From NCBI GenBank assembly GCA_020891255.1, contig BQFW01000004.1, positions 558,001-622,000 on the forward strand: DNA of 64,000 nt. The letters run 5' to 3'. This document shows, piece after piece, positions 24,001 to 36,879 of this stretch. Below the pieces are notes generated by a model that saw only the letters and a program-made list of their open reading frames with translations, searched no databases and was not told where the DNA came from. This stretch comes from Entomortierella parvispora E1425. Its lineage: Eukaryota; Fungi; Mortierellomycota. Position numbers and translations under genes: made by a program. Each line of letters opens with the position of its first letter. Positions within the stretch are counted from its first letter, which is position 1.

Positions 24001-25105
24001 GAACACGAGATTTTGAGATCCTCGCTACCGGATGGAATTAGAGTGAGGGCGTTTGGAGACCGTTTGGATTTGCTCAGAGTCTTGATCCAAGGGCCTGACC
24101 ACACCCCATACAGGAATGCCCTGTTCCTATTTGACTTTATACTGCCTTCGCAATTCCCGAGCCAGGTACGCTTATTTTCGTGTTGATTTTTGTTCATATT
24201 TGAGATAGTTGAAGGCGACGGTATACCAATGTCTTGTCCCCTTGTTTTTTTTAGCCTCCTGCTGCCTTCTTCCACTCATGGACTGGCGGCATTGGAAGGA
24301 TCAACCCAAATCTTTACGAGGGTAAGTCTGCCGAGGACACTGTGCCGTTTCTACTTAAACTGGCTGTTGCAGTAAACTGACACACTGACCATTCTTGTTA
24401 TTGGGAGCTAGATGGCAACGTGTGCCTCAGTCTTTTAAACACTTGGCATGGAAAGGATCAGACAGAGACATGGACACCTAGCTCGAGCATACTTCAGCTG
24501 TTGATTTCTTTGCAGGGACTCGTCTTGGTGCCTGAGCCGTATTACAACGAGTCTGGGTAAGACTGCTGATCATGTGGACTTTATGGATTATACTGTCGGA
24601 ACCATTCTCTGATACTGTCCTGGTATATTTTCAACTTCCTTTGTAGCTTTGAAAAGTTTGTCGGCACGAAGGAGGCAGCAAGAAACTCGGAGTTGTACAA
24701 TGAGAAGGTCTACTTGCTCTCTCTCAAGGTAAATGCGCAAAGAGCAAACAGGAAGCCAACATCTTGAATCAAGGCGAAAGCTAACAAGTCATACCCCCTC
24801 TTCATAAATCGATTTAGACCATTCAAACGCTTCTGAATAACCCTCCGTTGCCGTTCGAAAGAGAGGTGCGATATTTCTATTTCCACCAAAAGAAACTGGA
24901 GCAGACTGTGATCGAAGGCTTTGAATTGATTGCAGCTGCAGAGGACGGCGTGGCCGACGAGGTTGTTGAGGAAGGGCAACAGCAAGTAACGTCGGACTCG
25001 AGCGCGGAGACCAATCACGGCCCTGTAATCAAGCGGATCAGTCGAGGCGCACTCAAGATGCTCAAGAAGCATATTGATACCCTGAGTCTGTCTATCGAGG
25101 AGTGA
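21094..25105 (+). CDS. UBE2O: E2/E3 hybrid ubiquitin-conjugating enzyme (UBE2O-like), multi-exon
   Basis: MAKPLITAR|VFLEDAV..GLVVKTW start; [12 protein letters not shown]; WQDLS; acidic tract; [29 protein letters not shown]; RINPNLYE|[12 protein letters not shown] with the catalytic Cys; EPYYNESG. Confidence 0.9.
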
Positions 25106-25521
25106 GGAAGGGTGCACCTCTCTGTTGATTCATTTACGCTCTAGACTCGTACATAATAAACGCGACCATTTGCATTCTTATTTTGGCCACGTTGTGGCTA
25201 CTGCCGTCGCTGCGACAGTACGTGCCTTTTTTTGTTGGGGTTCTTCAGGGACTTACTGAGAGACAGATACAACTCCCCTCTTCCAGCGGGGATCTATCAG
25301 AGTCCACGTTGTTAATACCCTGCTATGCACAATTAAATGCTTTTCGCTCACAAACACAACCTCTCTCTTTGCCTGAGTTTTCAATTGAGAGGAAGAGCCT
25401 TGCGGGTGGATCGATTATCGCAGTAAGCAAAGAGGGACGCACTCTCTGCAATCCCATCTGTGCCCCATCCTCTCCCCATTCACTTACATTCTGCCTCCTT
25501 ACGTCTCCATTTCCCGTTCTC

Positions 25522-27663
25522 ATGCCAAACCTCCGTTCCTGGGTCCAGCGGCGACTTAGGCCCGTCTCGGAATCGCAGGCAAAGAAGGCTATCATCGCGT
25601 CATTCACATCCAGGACTGTGGTCGTTTCTTCAAAACGGACTCCCCTCGCCCTGACTATCCCCGAGATCCTGGAGCTCATTCTTTCCTTCCTTACCCCATA
25701 TCGTCGCCGGACCACCGCTTATTTAGTCTGCAAGCAATGGCGTGCGGTTGGGCGCCAGATCTCCCTGGCGCCCAAGCGGTCGTCCTCTCAATGGATGTTT
25801 GCTGTCAATCAGGACTTTTGTTTGAAGGACCGGACGGCTAAAATGTTGAACGCCAAAAAACTAGCAGAGTTGGCCCATGCTCAAGTCTTGCATCTCCTCG
25901 CCGCTGCCACAGGCGCTTTGAGCCGTCTGAGGATCGAAGATGTCGCCCTGACAATGGAGTTCAATGCTTTGGTGCAACAGTCTGTCACTCAAGGATCTAC
26001 CGAGACAACCACAGCCACAACGTCGATCCCCCCCTGGCTCGCATCGATTCTGAGTTTTCTCGAGACTAGACAAGGAGAAGATCATTTGCGACACGTCAAA
26101 GAGTTGAAGCTAGGCGGATTCCTGGCCCTGAGTCAATTTGGAACGCGACATATCCTACCTCTGTTCTCAAACTCGATCAAGGTGCTTCGAATCGAACATG
26201 ATCTTGTGGACGGACTGGTGGACTTTTATCCGATTGCATCTGCCTGCCCCAACCTTGAAGAGCTACACATGCAGCTTGCTCGCTTAAACTCATTCGTGGC
26301 CATTGTCCAACCGTCTGCTGCCGCGTATGTGAATACCTTGGATGGCGGGGGAGCAAGGATGCCGGTCATGAACAGACTCAGAGTCTTGGATCTGGAGATT
26401 AGGAATCAACGCCGAGCTTTGATGGAGGCCATTTTGGGAGCTTGTCCGAACATCTCTTCACTTCGACTGAGTTGGACGGAGGAAGAGGATCGATTTGACC
26501 GACTAGAGTTTTATCGCTATATCGGCAAGCTGTTTCCATCAGGACAACTCAACTTTTTAGAATTGGCCAGTCTGGGCTATGCCACGACCGTCCGTGAACT
26601 CACCCGGTTCCTGGAGTTGTTCCCTGATAGGACCCAGTGGTGCTATTTCAATGAGGAGACGTATATAGGACTGAGAGGGTTTGATGCACGGATAGAATGT
26701 TTGACTGAGTTGGACATGTCTAGTTCAAGGTCAGATCGACTAGGGACCCTAGAGTTTGAACAAGTATTACACACAGTCCTTTGTCGGGCCCCGTCTCTGG
26801 TGCATGCTCGATGCCCACATGTCCGATACAATGTGGCTCACATGGACGTCAACGATGTTCTGGAGTTTCATGGAGGGTACCGCAAACGAGCCCTGTCGAA
26901 GGGCTTTCATCAGGCTAGGAGCGATATCCGGACGGGCGAGGATATCTTATCACCATCAGCGATTTGGGCCTGCAGAGGCTTGAAAACCTTGCACATGCAC
27001 GTCTATGCGAAAAATGAGCGAGAATCAGAGGATGGCGAGCAAGCGAATGGGTTGGTCCTCTTTGGGTATCTGAGCATGGTCTGCCCAAAGCTACAGGAGC
27101 TCCATATCAAGAAGCAAACTATTCACCTTGGATTCCCAGGAGGTCTCTGTCTCGTATCACGGTTCCATGAGCTAGAACATCTCAAGATCACGACAAAAAT
27201 GATGGAGTTGCAATGCCCCAGGGACGTGAATTGGCTACGACGATCTCCCAGTACCTCGGCCACGAACTGGATCGCAAACTCGAGAGGCCACATGCAAATC
27301 AAGGACATGACACAGCCAAGGATGGTGGGCCCATCTTCCTTGTGCGGATCAAATCTTGAAGCCAAGAATGGCAATGATATGGTGGTCACCAAGGTGCACT
27401 GGGCTCCTATCATGCCCAACCAAGGCGATCCAGACCTGACGCTGGTGGGTCGACCCGAGGATCTGCTGTGCTGGTATAAACATCACCATGAGCGTATTGG
27501 TAAGGCGGACCCTCGACCATGTCTGCCTCGGCTCGAGTCCTTCAAGTTGGTGACCCAATACGTAGAAGCCAGTCAAATGTACGACCTTGAGAGGTTCATG
27601 AAGGACCATCGACACGAAGTTGATTACTTACTAGATCTCATTCCAGGAGGATGGAGTACCTAG
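25522..27663 (+). CDS. F-box/LRR-like protein (lineage-expanded type)
   Basis: Intronless. LALTIPEILELILSFL..AYLVCKQWRAV F-box; CPNLEEL/CPNISSL repeats; IWACRGLKTL; LFGYLSMVCPKLQEL. The track ORF opens at 25183; ATG 25522 is preferred. Confidence 0.75.
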   Translation: MPNLRSWVQRRLRPVSESQAKKAIIASFTSRTVVVSSKRTPLALTIPEILELILSFLTPYRRRTTAYLVCKQWRAVGRQISLAPKRSSSQWMFAVNQDFCLKDRTAKMLNAKKLAELAHAQVLHLLAAATGALSRLRIEDVALTMEFNALVQQSVTQGSTETTTATTSIPPWLASILSFLETRQGEDHLRHVKELKLGGFLALSQFGTRHILPLFSNSIKVLRIEHDLVDGLVDFYPIASACPNLEELHMQLARLNSFVAIVQPSAAAYVNTLDGGGARMPVMNRLRVLDLEIRNQRRALMEAILGACPNISSLRLSWTEEEDRFDRLEFYRYIGKLFPSGQLNFLELASLGYATTVRELTRFLELFPDRTQWCYFNEETYIGLRGFDARIECLTELDMSSSRSDRLGTLEFEQVLHTVLCRAPSLVHARCPHVRYNVAHMDVNDVLEFHGGYRKRALSKGFHQARSDIRTGEDILSPSAIWACRGLKTLHMHVYAKNERESEDGEQANGLVLFGYLSMVCPKLQELHIKKQTIHLGFPGGLCLVSRFHELEHLKITTKMMELQCPRDVNWLRRSPSTSATNWIANSRGHMQIKDMTQPRMVGPSSLCGSNLEAKNGNDMVVTKVHWAPIMPNQGDPDLTLVGRPEDLLCWYKHHHERIGKADPRPCLPRLESFKLVTQYVEASQMYDLERFMKDHRHEVDYLLDLIPGGWST

Positions 27664-27876
27664 TAAGGTTACTCCTTTTTTTTTATTACAATTTTTTTTA
27701 TTTCATTTTTTTCTCTTGCAAGCAAATGCATTGAAGACTAGGTAGACCCTTTGACATAGAAGAATATGGACAAGGTATAATATATACACGCCGATAACAT
27801 CATTTCTGATTTTTTTTGTGTGCTTGTTTTTTTTTTTTTTTTTTTTTTGAATTCAGTTCCTCATCCTCGTTTTTTT

Positions 27877-30800
27877 TTAGTTGCTTCCAATGTTCTTGAA
27901 AGTCTTTTGCCACAAGGACTCGGTGGCGTCTCCCTGAGGCTGGCGGCTGTGGCCACCGTACTTGTTCTTGCGAATGGCATCAAAGAACTTGTTGGTATCC
28001 TCGACCTGGCGAGAAGAACCCTCCCAGCGAAGCCGAGCGGTGCTGACCAAAGGCTCCCGCTCTTCCGACTTGTGGGAGACCACAGACTCGGGAATCAAAC
28101 GAGCGGGCAACAATCTTAAAAAAAGACCGACAGGCAAGGACAAGGAACCGATCAAGAGGGTGATCAACCACTGTTGGCCGGTCAAGGGGACGGTCTTGAA
28201 GGCCTGGCCACCAAATTGGACAATGAGGAACTGACCGGTAATGACGACAAACTGGACCAAGATAAAGATCTTGTTGTGGAGCAAGTTCTTGAACACGTTG
28301 ATGGTATCATCGATACGACGGCAGTTGAGCTCGTTGAAGACCTGGAGGAAGACAAAAATGTTGAAGATCATGGTACGGAGAACAGCCATGTGCTTGTCCG
28401 AGATCGAACCATCCTTGGACTGGAGGTGGAAAAGTGCTCCTCCAAACTTGAGGAGGGACAAGTTGAGGGCGATCTGGAAAATAGCCTGACCCAAAATCAT
28501 CTTCCACATGTTGAAGTTGATCAAGGGGGCGGTCTTTGAAGTGGGATGACGCTTGAGGACCTCGGCGCTTGGGGGCTCAGTGGCAAGGGCAAGGGCGGCA
28601 AGGGTATCCATGATCAAGTTGACCCAGAGCAATTGAACGGCAGAGAGCACAGACTGGTTGTCATCCGAGGCGACAGCAGAGATGAAGGAGAGAACGACGG
28701 CGGTGATGTTGACGGTCAACTGGAACTGAAGGAACTTGCGGACAGAGTCATTGACGGCACGTCCCCACATCAAAGACTTGAGGATGCTGCTAAAGTTGTC
28801 GTCCATCAAAACAATGGCCGAGGCCTCCTTAGCGACCTCAGTACCGGTAATACCCATCGAGAAACCAACATCGGCCATCTTCAAGGCGGGACCATCGTTG
28901 GTACCGTCACCTGTCACAGCAACAACCTCACCCAACTCCTGGAGACGACGAACCACAATGGTCTTATCAGTGGGAGAACTACGAGCCAACACTTGGAGAC
29001 GCTTAACGGCCACGGTCTGATCTTCCTTGGATAAAGCACGGAACTCGGGACCGGTCATGGCAAGACCACCCTTGATCAAAATTCCAGCGTTCTTGGCAAT
29101 GGCACGGGCAGTCTGGATGTTGTCACCAGTGATCATACGGACGGTAACACCGGCCTTGGCAAAGTCACGGACACTCTCAACAACTCCGGGGCGAAGGGGA
29201 TCTTGGATACCGACAATACCGAGGCAGACAAGCTTGGCGTTGGGAGCCTCCTCATCGTTGAACTTCTTGAAATCATGGGAGGAGACATCGCGGTAACTGA
29301 GGGCAATGGTACGGAGAGCCTTGTCGGCATACTGTGAGATGATCTGGTCAAACTTGGAGCGGGCAGTGTCATCCAGGGACTTGGTGTTACCCTCAGAGTC
29401 GACGTAGTGAGTGCAGGAGCCAAGAACGATTTCAGAGGCACCCTTGACATAGAGACGATACTTCTCGTGGCCCCCGGGGGTCTCGACAACACAGGACATA
29501 GTCTTCTTCATGGAGGAGAAAGGGTAAACCTTGACAACCTTGATATCCGAGCGAATGTTGCTGTAAGAGGCACCCAAGAACTTGATGAAACCCAAGAGAG
29601 CAGACTCGGTCTTGGATCCAATGAAAGCCAAGTTACCGCGTTCATCCTTGTCCTCGAAAGCAGAAGAGTTCAAAGCAATACCCTCAATAATGATCTGAGC
29701 AACCTCGGGGTTGACCTCCGACTTCCAGATCTTGGCCTTGTCCAAACCGACAAAGGGAAGAAGCGAGAGAGTACCCTCGACGATAGTCATCTTGTTCTGA
29801 GTCAAAGTTCCGGTCTTGTCAGAGCAAACGGTGGTGGCGTTACCCATGGTCTCGCAGGCAGAGAGGACACGGACCAAGTTGTTATCCTTCAACATCTGAG
29901 TGGTAGCATAGGCCAAAGCCAAGGTGACGGCCATGGGAAGACCCTCGGGGACGGCAACGACGACAATGGTAATAGCCTGAATGACAATCTTGACCATATC
30001 CGAGAAGATGACATCGCCAGGAGGGAAGGGCTCGTTGGACAACGAGGCCTGGACAAAGTACTTGACGATCAAGGTGACCAACATGGCTACAGCAGCGGCC
30101 ATACCAAGCTTGGCAATCGATTCTGCAAGAATGTCCAACTTGATCTGAAGGGGAGTTTCCTCAGGGGTAGCCTCACGCATCGCCATCATGGTCTTTCCAA
30201 AGAAGGAGTTGGTACCCACAGCAGTAACAAGCATCTGACCGGAACCATCCAAAACCTTGGATCCCGAAATGATGTAGCACTTCTCCTCAGGGTCCTTCTT
30301 CATGGCATCCGACTCACCGGTGGCAGAACTCTCGTCGCAGGTAATGTTGTGGCTCTTGAGGATAATACCATCGACCGCCAAAAGATCGCCGGGTTCCATC
30401 AACATGATATCTCCGACCTGGACCTCCTTGACATTGACCTCTTGCTCGCGACCGTCACGCAACAACTTGACGCAGCGATCGTCCTTCTTGGCATTCAACT
30501 TGCGGAACTGGCGTTCCTTTTGGTAGTCATTAATAGCGTTCGTGAACACGACGGCGGCCACGGCGGCCAAGATCGCAGCACCCTCGACCCAACCCACACG
30601 AGGCTCGTCCTTGGGATGATGAGGACCATAGTCCTCGTAGATGCTGACACCCAAAGACACGAGAGCGGCAATGGACAACAGGACTAAATATCATCGGAGA
30701 TCCGGAAGAAAAGAGAAAAGACGGTCATTGACAGGTCAGCTTCATTTTCTGAAAATGAAAGAGTGAGGTAGTGGCCCTTTGAAGTGCGTGAGCCCATGGG

Positions 30801-31949
30801 GGGATGGATGTTGGTCGGGAGGACAAAAAAAAAAAAAAGCAAACACAGGAAATGATTATCTTACTCAGTGTGCGGTCATTGTAGGCTTTCTTGACAAGGG
30901 ACCAGAAGGAGGCGCTCTGAACTGTGGGCAGAATCTACAGAATGTTCCATTGAGAGGCGTACAGTGGTATGAGATGACGAAAGAGGAAAAGAAAGAGAGC
31001 GCGCGAGAAAATAAATAAGGGTGTTTGTGTTAGTGCCAGCTGGTCTGTGGTTCTGTTCCCTCCTCCTAACTCTTGCTCCTCTCTCTTGGTCTCTTCCTTG
31101 TCTCTTGACGAAAAAAGCACCAGTGCAATCTTTTGGTCAGGTCAGAAAAGCAAAGGATGGGTGTGGTTGTGTGAGGAAAAAAAGGAAAGTTGACCGAGGA
31201 AAACATGATCCAGATCTCTTTTCCTCTTCATCCCTTCACAGGCGATTTCATGCATGCCCCACAGTCAAAGACAGAGGCGGTATGCATGAAGAACACGGCC
31301 CAAAGCGCGCTCTCTTCCCTTTCTTCTTTTCCTCCGTTGCACTCGCTTAAATCCCAAAAGACCAAAAAAAAAAAAAATGGCGCCCCCTCCCCGTCAAAAT
31401 TAATTTTTTCAATTCAAAAACGGCGCCAAAATAGAAACCACAGAAAAGAAACGAAAAATTGATTACGCGGGTCATCAATCATGGTTTACCCCCTTACAAA
31501 CGGGTGCCGTTTCCCAGGGCATCCATCATTTTCCGTCCTCTCACACGCTCAGCACCTGATGCCGGGGTCATTGAGAGTCTCCCCTCCTCCTTGTCCTCGG
31601 TGTGTCCTTTGTTTCGATCGAGCAATTGATGACTACAAAAATAAATAAAAAAAAAACTTACGTTGCGTCCGAATGCCTTGGAGCGAGCAGCAAACTTGAC
31701 TTGATCGGAGTGACCAGTCGAGTGTTCACTAGCCTCGTCAGAGTGAAGACCAACCTTGGGGTCAACCTTCAAACCTTCGCAGATTTTGGCAATACCACCC
31801 ATTTGACTGGGAAGCTTGGGGCTGGTGGGGTCGGTCAAAGGAGCAAGGTCCTCGACCGTGTAGGCGAATCCTCCATTGTTGCCGGCACGGGCCGACTGAC
31901 CGTTGGAGTGGCCGAGAAGGGGCTCGCGTGAGGCCTGGTCGCGAGGCAT
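27877..31949 (-). CDS. PMC1: P2B-type Ca2+-transporting ATPase (vacuolar PMC1/PMCA-like)
   Basis: Exons 31949-31662, 30934-30865, 30683-27877; TGES, PEGLP, DKTGTLT, KGASE, TGDGTNDGPALK, QLLWVNLIMDT. Confidence 0.97.
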
Positions 31950-32302
31950 TGAAGGTACTTTGGGGAGAGAAGGATGGATGTGAAGGGAGTTGTTGTGTGG
32001 GGAGAAGACACAAGGAGAGGAAGGTGAGGAAAAGAGAGAAGAGAAAAAAGAAAAAAGAAAGGAATGAAAAAAAGGGGAGAGTAAATGAATGAATGGAGGT
32101 AAGACGGCTGCTCTCGTCCACTCCATTCCTTTTGCACTTTCTTGGACCAGGCCCTGTGCAGGGATCCCATCCGTCAGAGAAAAAGAATAAGCGGCTTGCT
32201 TTGGCGGGACACGAAACCCTGGCTGGGAAGCGCGAAACGATATATATTTCGTCTTGCCTGCTTGGCTAATGGGGGCAATAGATGACTCTGAGACCCTCCG
32301 CC

Positions 32303-32318
32303 GCCACTGGCCAGTGGC
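32303..32318. promoter_or_regulatory. Perfect 16-bp palindrome GCCACTGGCCAGTGGC upstream of PMC1
   Basis: Self-complementary sequence ~355 bp upstream of the PMC1 ATG; function unknown. Confidence 0.3.
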
Positions 32319-33378
32319 AGGTCCCTGTTTGCCGCACGGCCGTAGCACAAAGAAACGGAAAAAAACACAGTTTGTTCCCGTCATTGACGTTTTTTTTCCT
32401 TCAGTTTCTGCAATTTTTTCTTTTGGGCGATGTTTGGGTCCATTCTCTTTGACCTAGCCAGGATTGGGGGACTGGAAGAGCGCTCTTTTGTTCCTCGTAA
32501 ACATGCGAACGTCCTTTGCTCTGTGTGTGAATGTTTTTTAGGGGTGGGGCTGTCATCGGCGGAAAGCAATTTTTGGTTGGAAGAGACAGACAGAGAGGAT
32601 TTTGATTCTATTTGCATAAACCACAACTAGCGAAAAGGGACCAAGGCAGGGTCTGGTTTCTTGCCCACACTTTTACCGTCCGTGGGTAAAGAGGATTGAC
32701 GCGTTGCCGCATGTTTCGTGCTGGAAGGGACATGCGTCCACGATGAACGTAAGGACGCGGTATTGGCGCGTGATGATCCAGCTACGATGTCTTTCCGTGC
32801 TTGTATTCTTGCTACCTTTTTCTTGCCACCGCTGCCTGCAAGATGGTGGAGTGTTCTCGATTCTCAGATTGTTGTGTTTTTGCCTAATCCCAGGGTGGGA
32901 AAAAGAAAAGAGATGCCCGGAAAAAGACATAGCCTTTCCGACCAATTGTACCTTCGGGGTTGTTATTGAGAATTGCTCATCGGAAGAAGACCCTTCCCTT
33001 GTCACCGATTTATGGTCCCAGAGTCACCACTGCAGTTTCACCACCATTGAACTCGTGCGCTTCATGAAACAAAAGAACCAGCACAGCAGCGCGCGGAGCT
33101 GGCTGTCGCACGCAACAGCTGCTGCAGTGCGAAGCTGCCAGCCAATCATCACGTGATCGTCCAATTTCTTTTAGGCGTTCAGTTCAAACTGGTTTCCTTC
33201 ATCTTCCTCTGCAAGCACCATTCTCAACCGTTGGACACGCACCTCTCGTCTTTTCTCCGCACTGGGAAAGGGTCATCTTGCCAACACTACCATCGGATCG
33301 ACCTAGACGCGTCTCTGCAGGAATTAGAAAGAGAGCATTCTATCCCAGCATCACCCCCCTAACACTCACATTTCGTCA

Positions 33379-36300
33379 ATGGCGGATACGGCCTTTGACT
33401 TTCTTGGCGACGCGACCATCCGCGCCTCCACAGGGGATGCTGCCAGCACACGAGCCAAGGAGGAAGAGGATGCATTCTCGGCCGCCGTCTCTGTCTGGAA
33501 AGGTAATAATGTGCATTATGTGAAATGCATTTCAACAAAGAGGAGGACAAATGAGGAAATGAGCCTTACGGTTGACTAATACCCTGCTTCATGTGATGCA
33601 TGAATTGAATGTCTATAGGAATCCAGCTTCCAGCAGTCCAGCAGGAAATGGACACTCAGTCTGTGGAGCTGCTAGAGCAACAGCAACAAAGTCTCGCAGG
33701 ACGTAAACGACTCGCAGAGTTGACTCGAGGTAAAAAAAAAAGTCGTCTTGAACAACGCCGGTGTCTTGTGCACCATTGGAGCTACAGCATTAACATTGCG
33801 ATTTTCCCCTTTCCAGAGTTCAAGAAGGTCCCAGATCAGGAGAAGCTACAGCAGTTCAAGTTACTCCTTAAAGCATACCAAGGGGAGATTGATTCTATTA
33901 CCAAGCGCGAGAAGGCTACTGCTCAGGCATTCTTGAGTGTGTACAATGCTCTTGGTCAGGCACCAGATCCATTCAAGCTTCTCCAAGTCGCCGTAGTAAG
34001 TTCGTTGTGGTCTTTATTTAGCCTGAAATCATGACGGTCAAGTCAAGCGGTATAGTGGAGCTGAAATGAAAAAAAAAATGATGGTGTTAACACCTGTTGC
34101 GCTTTCCCTAGGATCAATCCTCGAAACTGGACGAGATCAACTCCCTGCAGGCAGAGAATATTCGACTTAAGGAAGAGAATGCCAGTCTCAACAAGCAGGC
34201 GGCAAACTTAAGATCTATGTCGAGCAATACCACTAAACTCCAGCAACGCCTGACTCGTATGGAGACAAAGCAGGAAGAGACCATCCAGGAAAAGGTCAAA
34301 GAAAAGGAGCAGGCCTTCAGAGAAGAATGGGAGGAGAAGATTAGAAGCGCCAAGGAAAGGTAAGATCAGCTTGAAAGTAGGACAGGAACGTTCTGCCAGT
34401 TCAAAATGATGTGACTAATCCTACATCAATACTCAATCATAAATAGGGAACACGATCTTCAACGCCAATTGAACCAGGCCAAGGATCAACTCAAGACTCT
34501 GAAGCATACCAACGACTTTACTCAAGCCACACTTGTTGACCATTCTCAGAAATATGAGGAGGAGGTCGTGGCCAAGCTTGCGGAGCTGGATATCGTACTT
34601 TTGGACTATGAGCGCGCAAACAGCAGGATTTCTGAGCTAGAGGGCCAGAACGAACTGTTGCGCGGTCAGCTGGATGGAATGCAAGGACGAGGAGTTGATA
34701 ACGAGAGGTAAAATTCTGAAAAGGCATCGTTGCATGGAAGATTACACTTTGGAGGCAAACAGTTGATTAACATCATATCTTGATATCACCATTATAGAGC
34801 TGCAACTTTGGAACAGACCATCGAGAACCAGGACGTCGAAATTTTGAACCTTACTACATCATTGGAAAACCTCAAGACCTCGAACAAGGTAAAACTCTCA
34901 ATCTTGAATGTTGTCCTCACCCTGAGATTCCTTGTTTTTTCTCTAACGACATGAGTTTGTTTCAGAAACAACTGGCAACACTAGAGCGCAAAACGACGGC
35001 CTTGCAACGTGAGGTTCAGGAGAAAACTGAGGAAATAGAGGCCACAAAACACAAGCTGGAGCAATATAAGGATTATGATACTGTCAAAAACGAACTCGAG
35101 ATCCTCAAGGTACAAGATGCTAGTTCAGATGATTGGTAGATGCACAAAGTCAAGGATTATTCTAACGAGATCATTAACTTTGAAAATTTTCGTACTTTAT
35201 CTAGTACATTGAGTTCTCGAATTCGCGGGATGCAGACGACGATTGGGATGAGCGTGTGTTGACTCTGGCCAGCAAAAACCTGGAAAAGCCGCTGGAGATT
35301 CTTTTGATGGAGAAAAATAAGAGATTGGAGAATGATCTCACGGAACTAAAGGTCTTACATGAGTCTGTCAGCAGAGATCTGGAGGATATCCGCACCCGAC
35401 ACGAAATTTCCACTCGGCAATTGGGATCACAGACACAGTTGATTCAACGTCTTGAAGAGGACATCACGCGAATGAACCAGTCGTCTGGTGGAGCTGTTGC
35501 TGGCAGTGGCGTTGGCGTTGGAAGTAATGGCTATTTTGTGGGCACCCCAGGCAGCAACGTTGCAGGATACCAACATCCAAGTTCACCTCCCTTTGGAAAG
35601 CTTTCATTCTCTGGAGAGGTTGTTGGAGGTGTCGCTCTTGGTCCAGTCCTTCCAGGCACGCCCCACACCCCAGGCTTCCCTTCAGCGGCTACAATTGGGG
35701 GTGAAGGGGTACCAGCTGGGCGTGTCTCCACCCCCATGGGAGGCTCAAGCGCTCCTGTGTCGTCAGCAGACCAAAGCATTCTTCCTATTATCACAAGTCA
35801 GCGTGATCGATTCCGTCAAAGAAATGGCGAGCTCGAGGAGCAATTGCGCCAGCAATCGGAGCAAATATCGAACCTCAGAAACGAGACAAGTCAGCTTCAG
35901 AAGGACAATTTGAAACTGTATGAAAAGATGAAGTACATGCAATCTTATCGGGACGATGCAGCCTCAGGGGCAGGAGCTGGGGCATACTCTGGATCTGCGG
36001 CCAGCGCGATGGTGGACTACAGCTCTCCTTTCAGGAGCGCAGGAAGCAGCAGTAATGGTGGCATTGTGGGACGGGCGGCCAGTGGAGCTGGATACAAGAA
36101 AAACGATGGGGATGAAGTTCAAATGCAGTCTTTGGACCCCACAGATCGGTACCGTAACATGTACGAAGAAAGCATGAACCCTTTCGAAGCTTTCCATAAA
36201 AAGGTATGGCAGCCATTCGCATTTCTGAAGAGAAGGAATGATGGAAGTAGTCCACTCTTATTGACTAATATCATTTTGATTCTATCTTATTTTCTGCCTC

Positions 36301-36532
36301 TCAGGAGGAAAGTCGTCGGTTCAATAGCATGACGCCTGCTGACAAGGCAATGCTGACGCTGAGTCGACTTGTGCTGACCAACAAGTGGACACGGAGCATG
36401 CTGGTAGCGTACACAATGGGTCTTCACTTCCTGATGGTGATGATGCTCTACAAGATGAGCGCCTGGGAAGAGTGTAGACACGACCACGAGACTCCCAATG
36501 ATGCCAACCCAATGTTTCCTGGCGATGCTTGA
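33379..36532 (+). CDS. COY1: Golgi coiled-coil tether CASP/Coy1 (CUX1 N-terminal homologue), multi-exon
   Basis: FSAAVSVWK|GIQL, SLAGRKRLAELTR|EFKK, LLKAYQGEIDSITKR, APDP; CASP_C ILPIITSQRDRFRQRN..ELEE, DNLKLYEKMKYMQSY; C-terminal TM YTMGLHFLM. Confidence 0.93.
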
Positions 36533-36879
36533 TCGGTGTTCCTGTCAGCAAAAAAAAAAAAAAAAAAAAAGCAATAAAAAAAGATATTCCAAAAAAGGCA
36601 AGCAATGCTTAGGAAGCTGGGCGGTGGCTTTGAAAGGAACGGGAATCGTTGACAAATCTGAAGGTGGGGCCAGCAGAAGGCACGATGGTTGGACTGACAG
36701 AATGGTGAGCAGCAAAACCTTCTTCCTTGAGGGCTTGGGCAGACCTCCGAGAGGAAAGGAGGGAGTGGGAAAGTCCCTTTATATAAATTGGTCTTTTTCC
36801 TTAGTGCTTTTCTGTCTTTCTCTCTCTTAACAGCTCAGCATACAACCCCAATCCACAGCCCTTCAGCAAGAAATAAGCC

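Noticed and set aside
25183-25521. 113-aa N-terminal extension of the F-box ORF from TTG 25183
   Set aside because: It starts 78 bp after the UBE2O stop and looks like UTR sequence; ATG 25522 precedes the F-box at a normal distance.
29407-30687. 426-aa ORF (and neighbours) antisense to PMC1
   Set aside because: Mirror-frame ORFs arise from the strong codon bias of the sense gene; no recognisable motifs.
7214-31949. Calcium gene cluster (CAX plus PMC1)
   Set aside because: The genes are ~18 kb apart with unrelated genes between them; linkage is probably chance.
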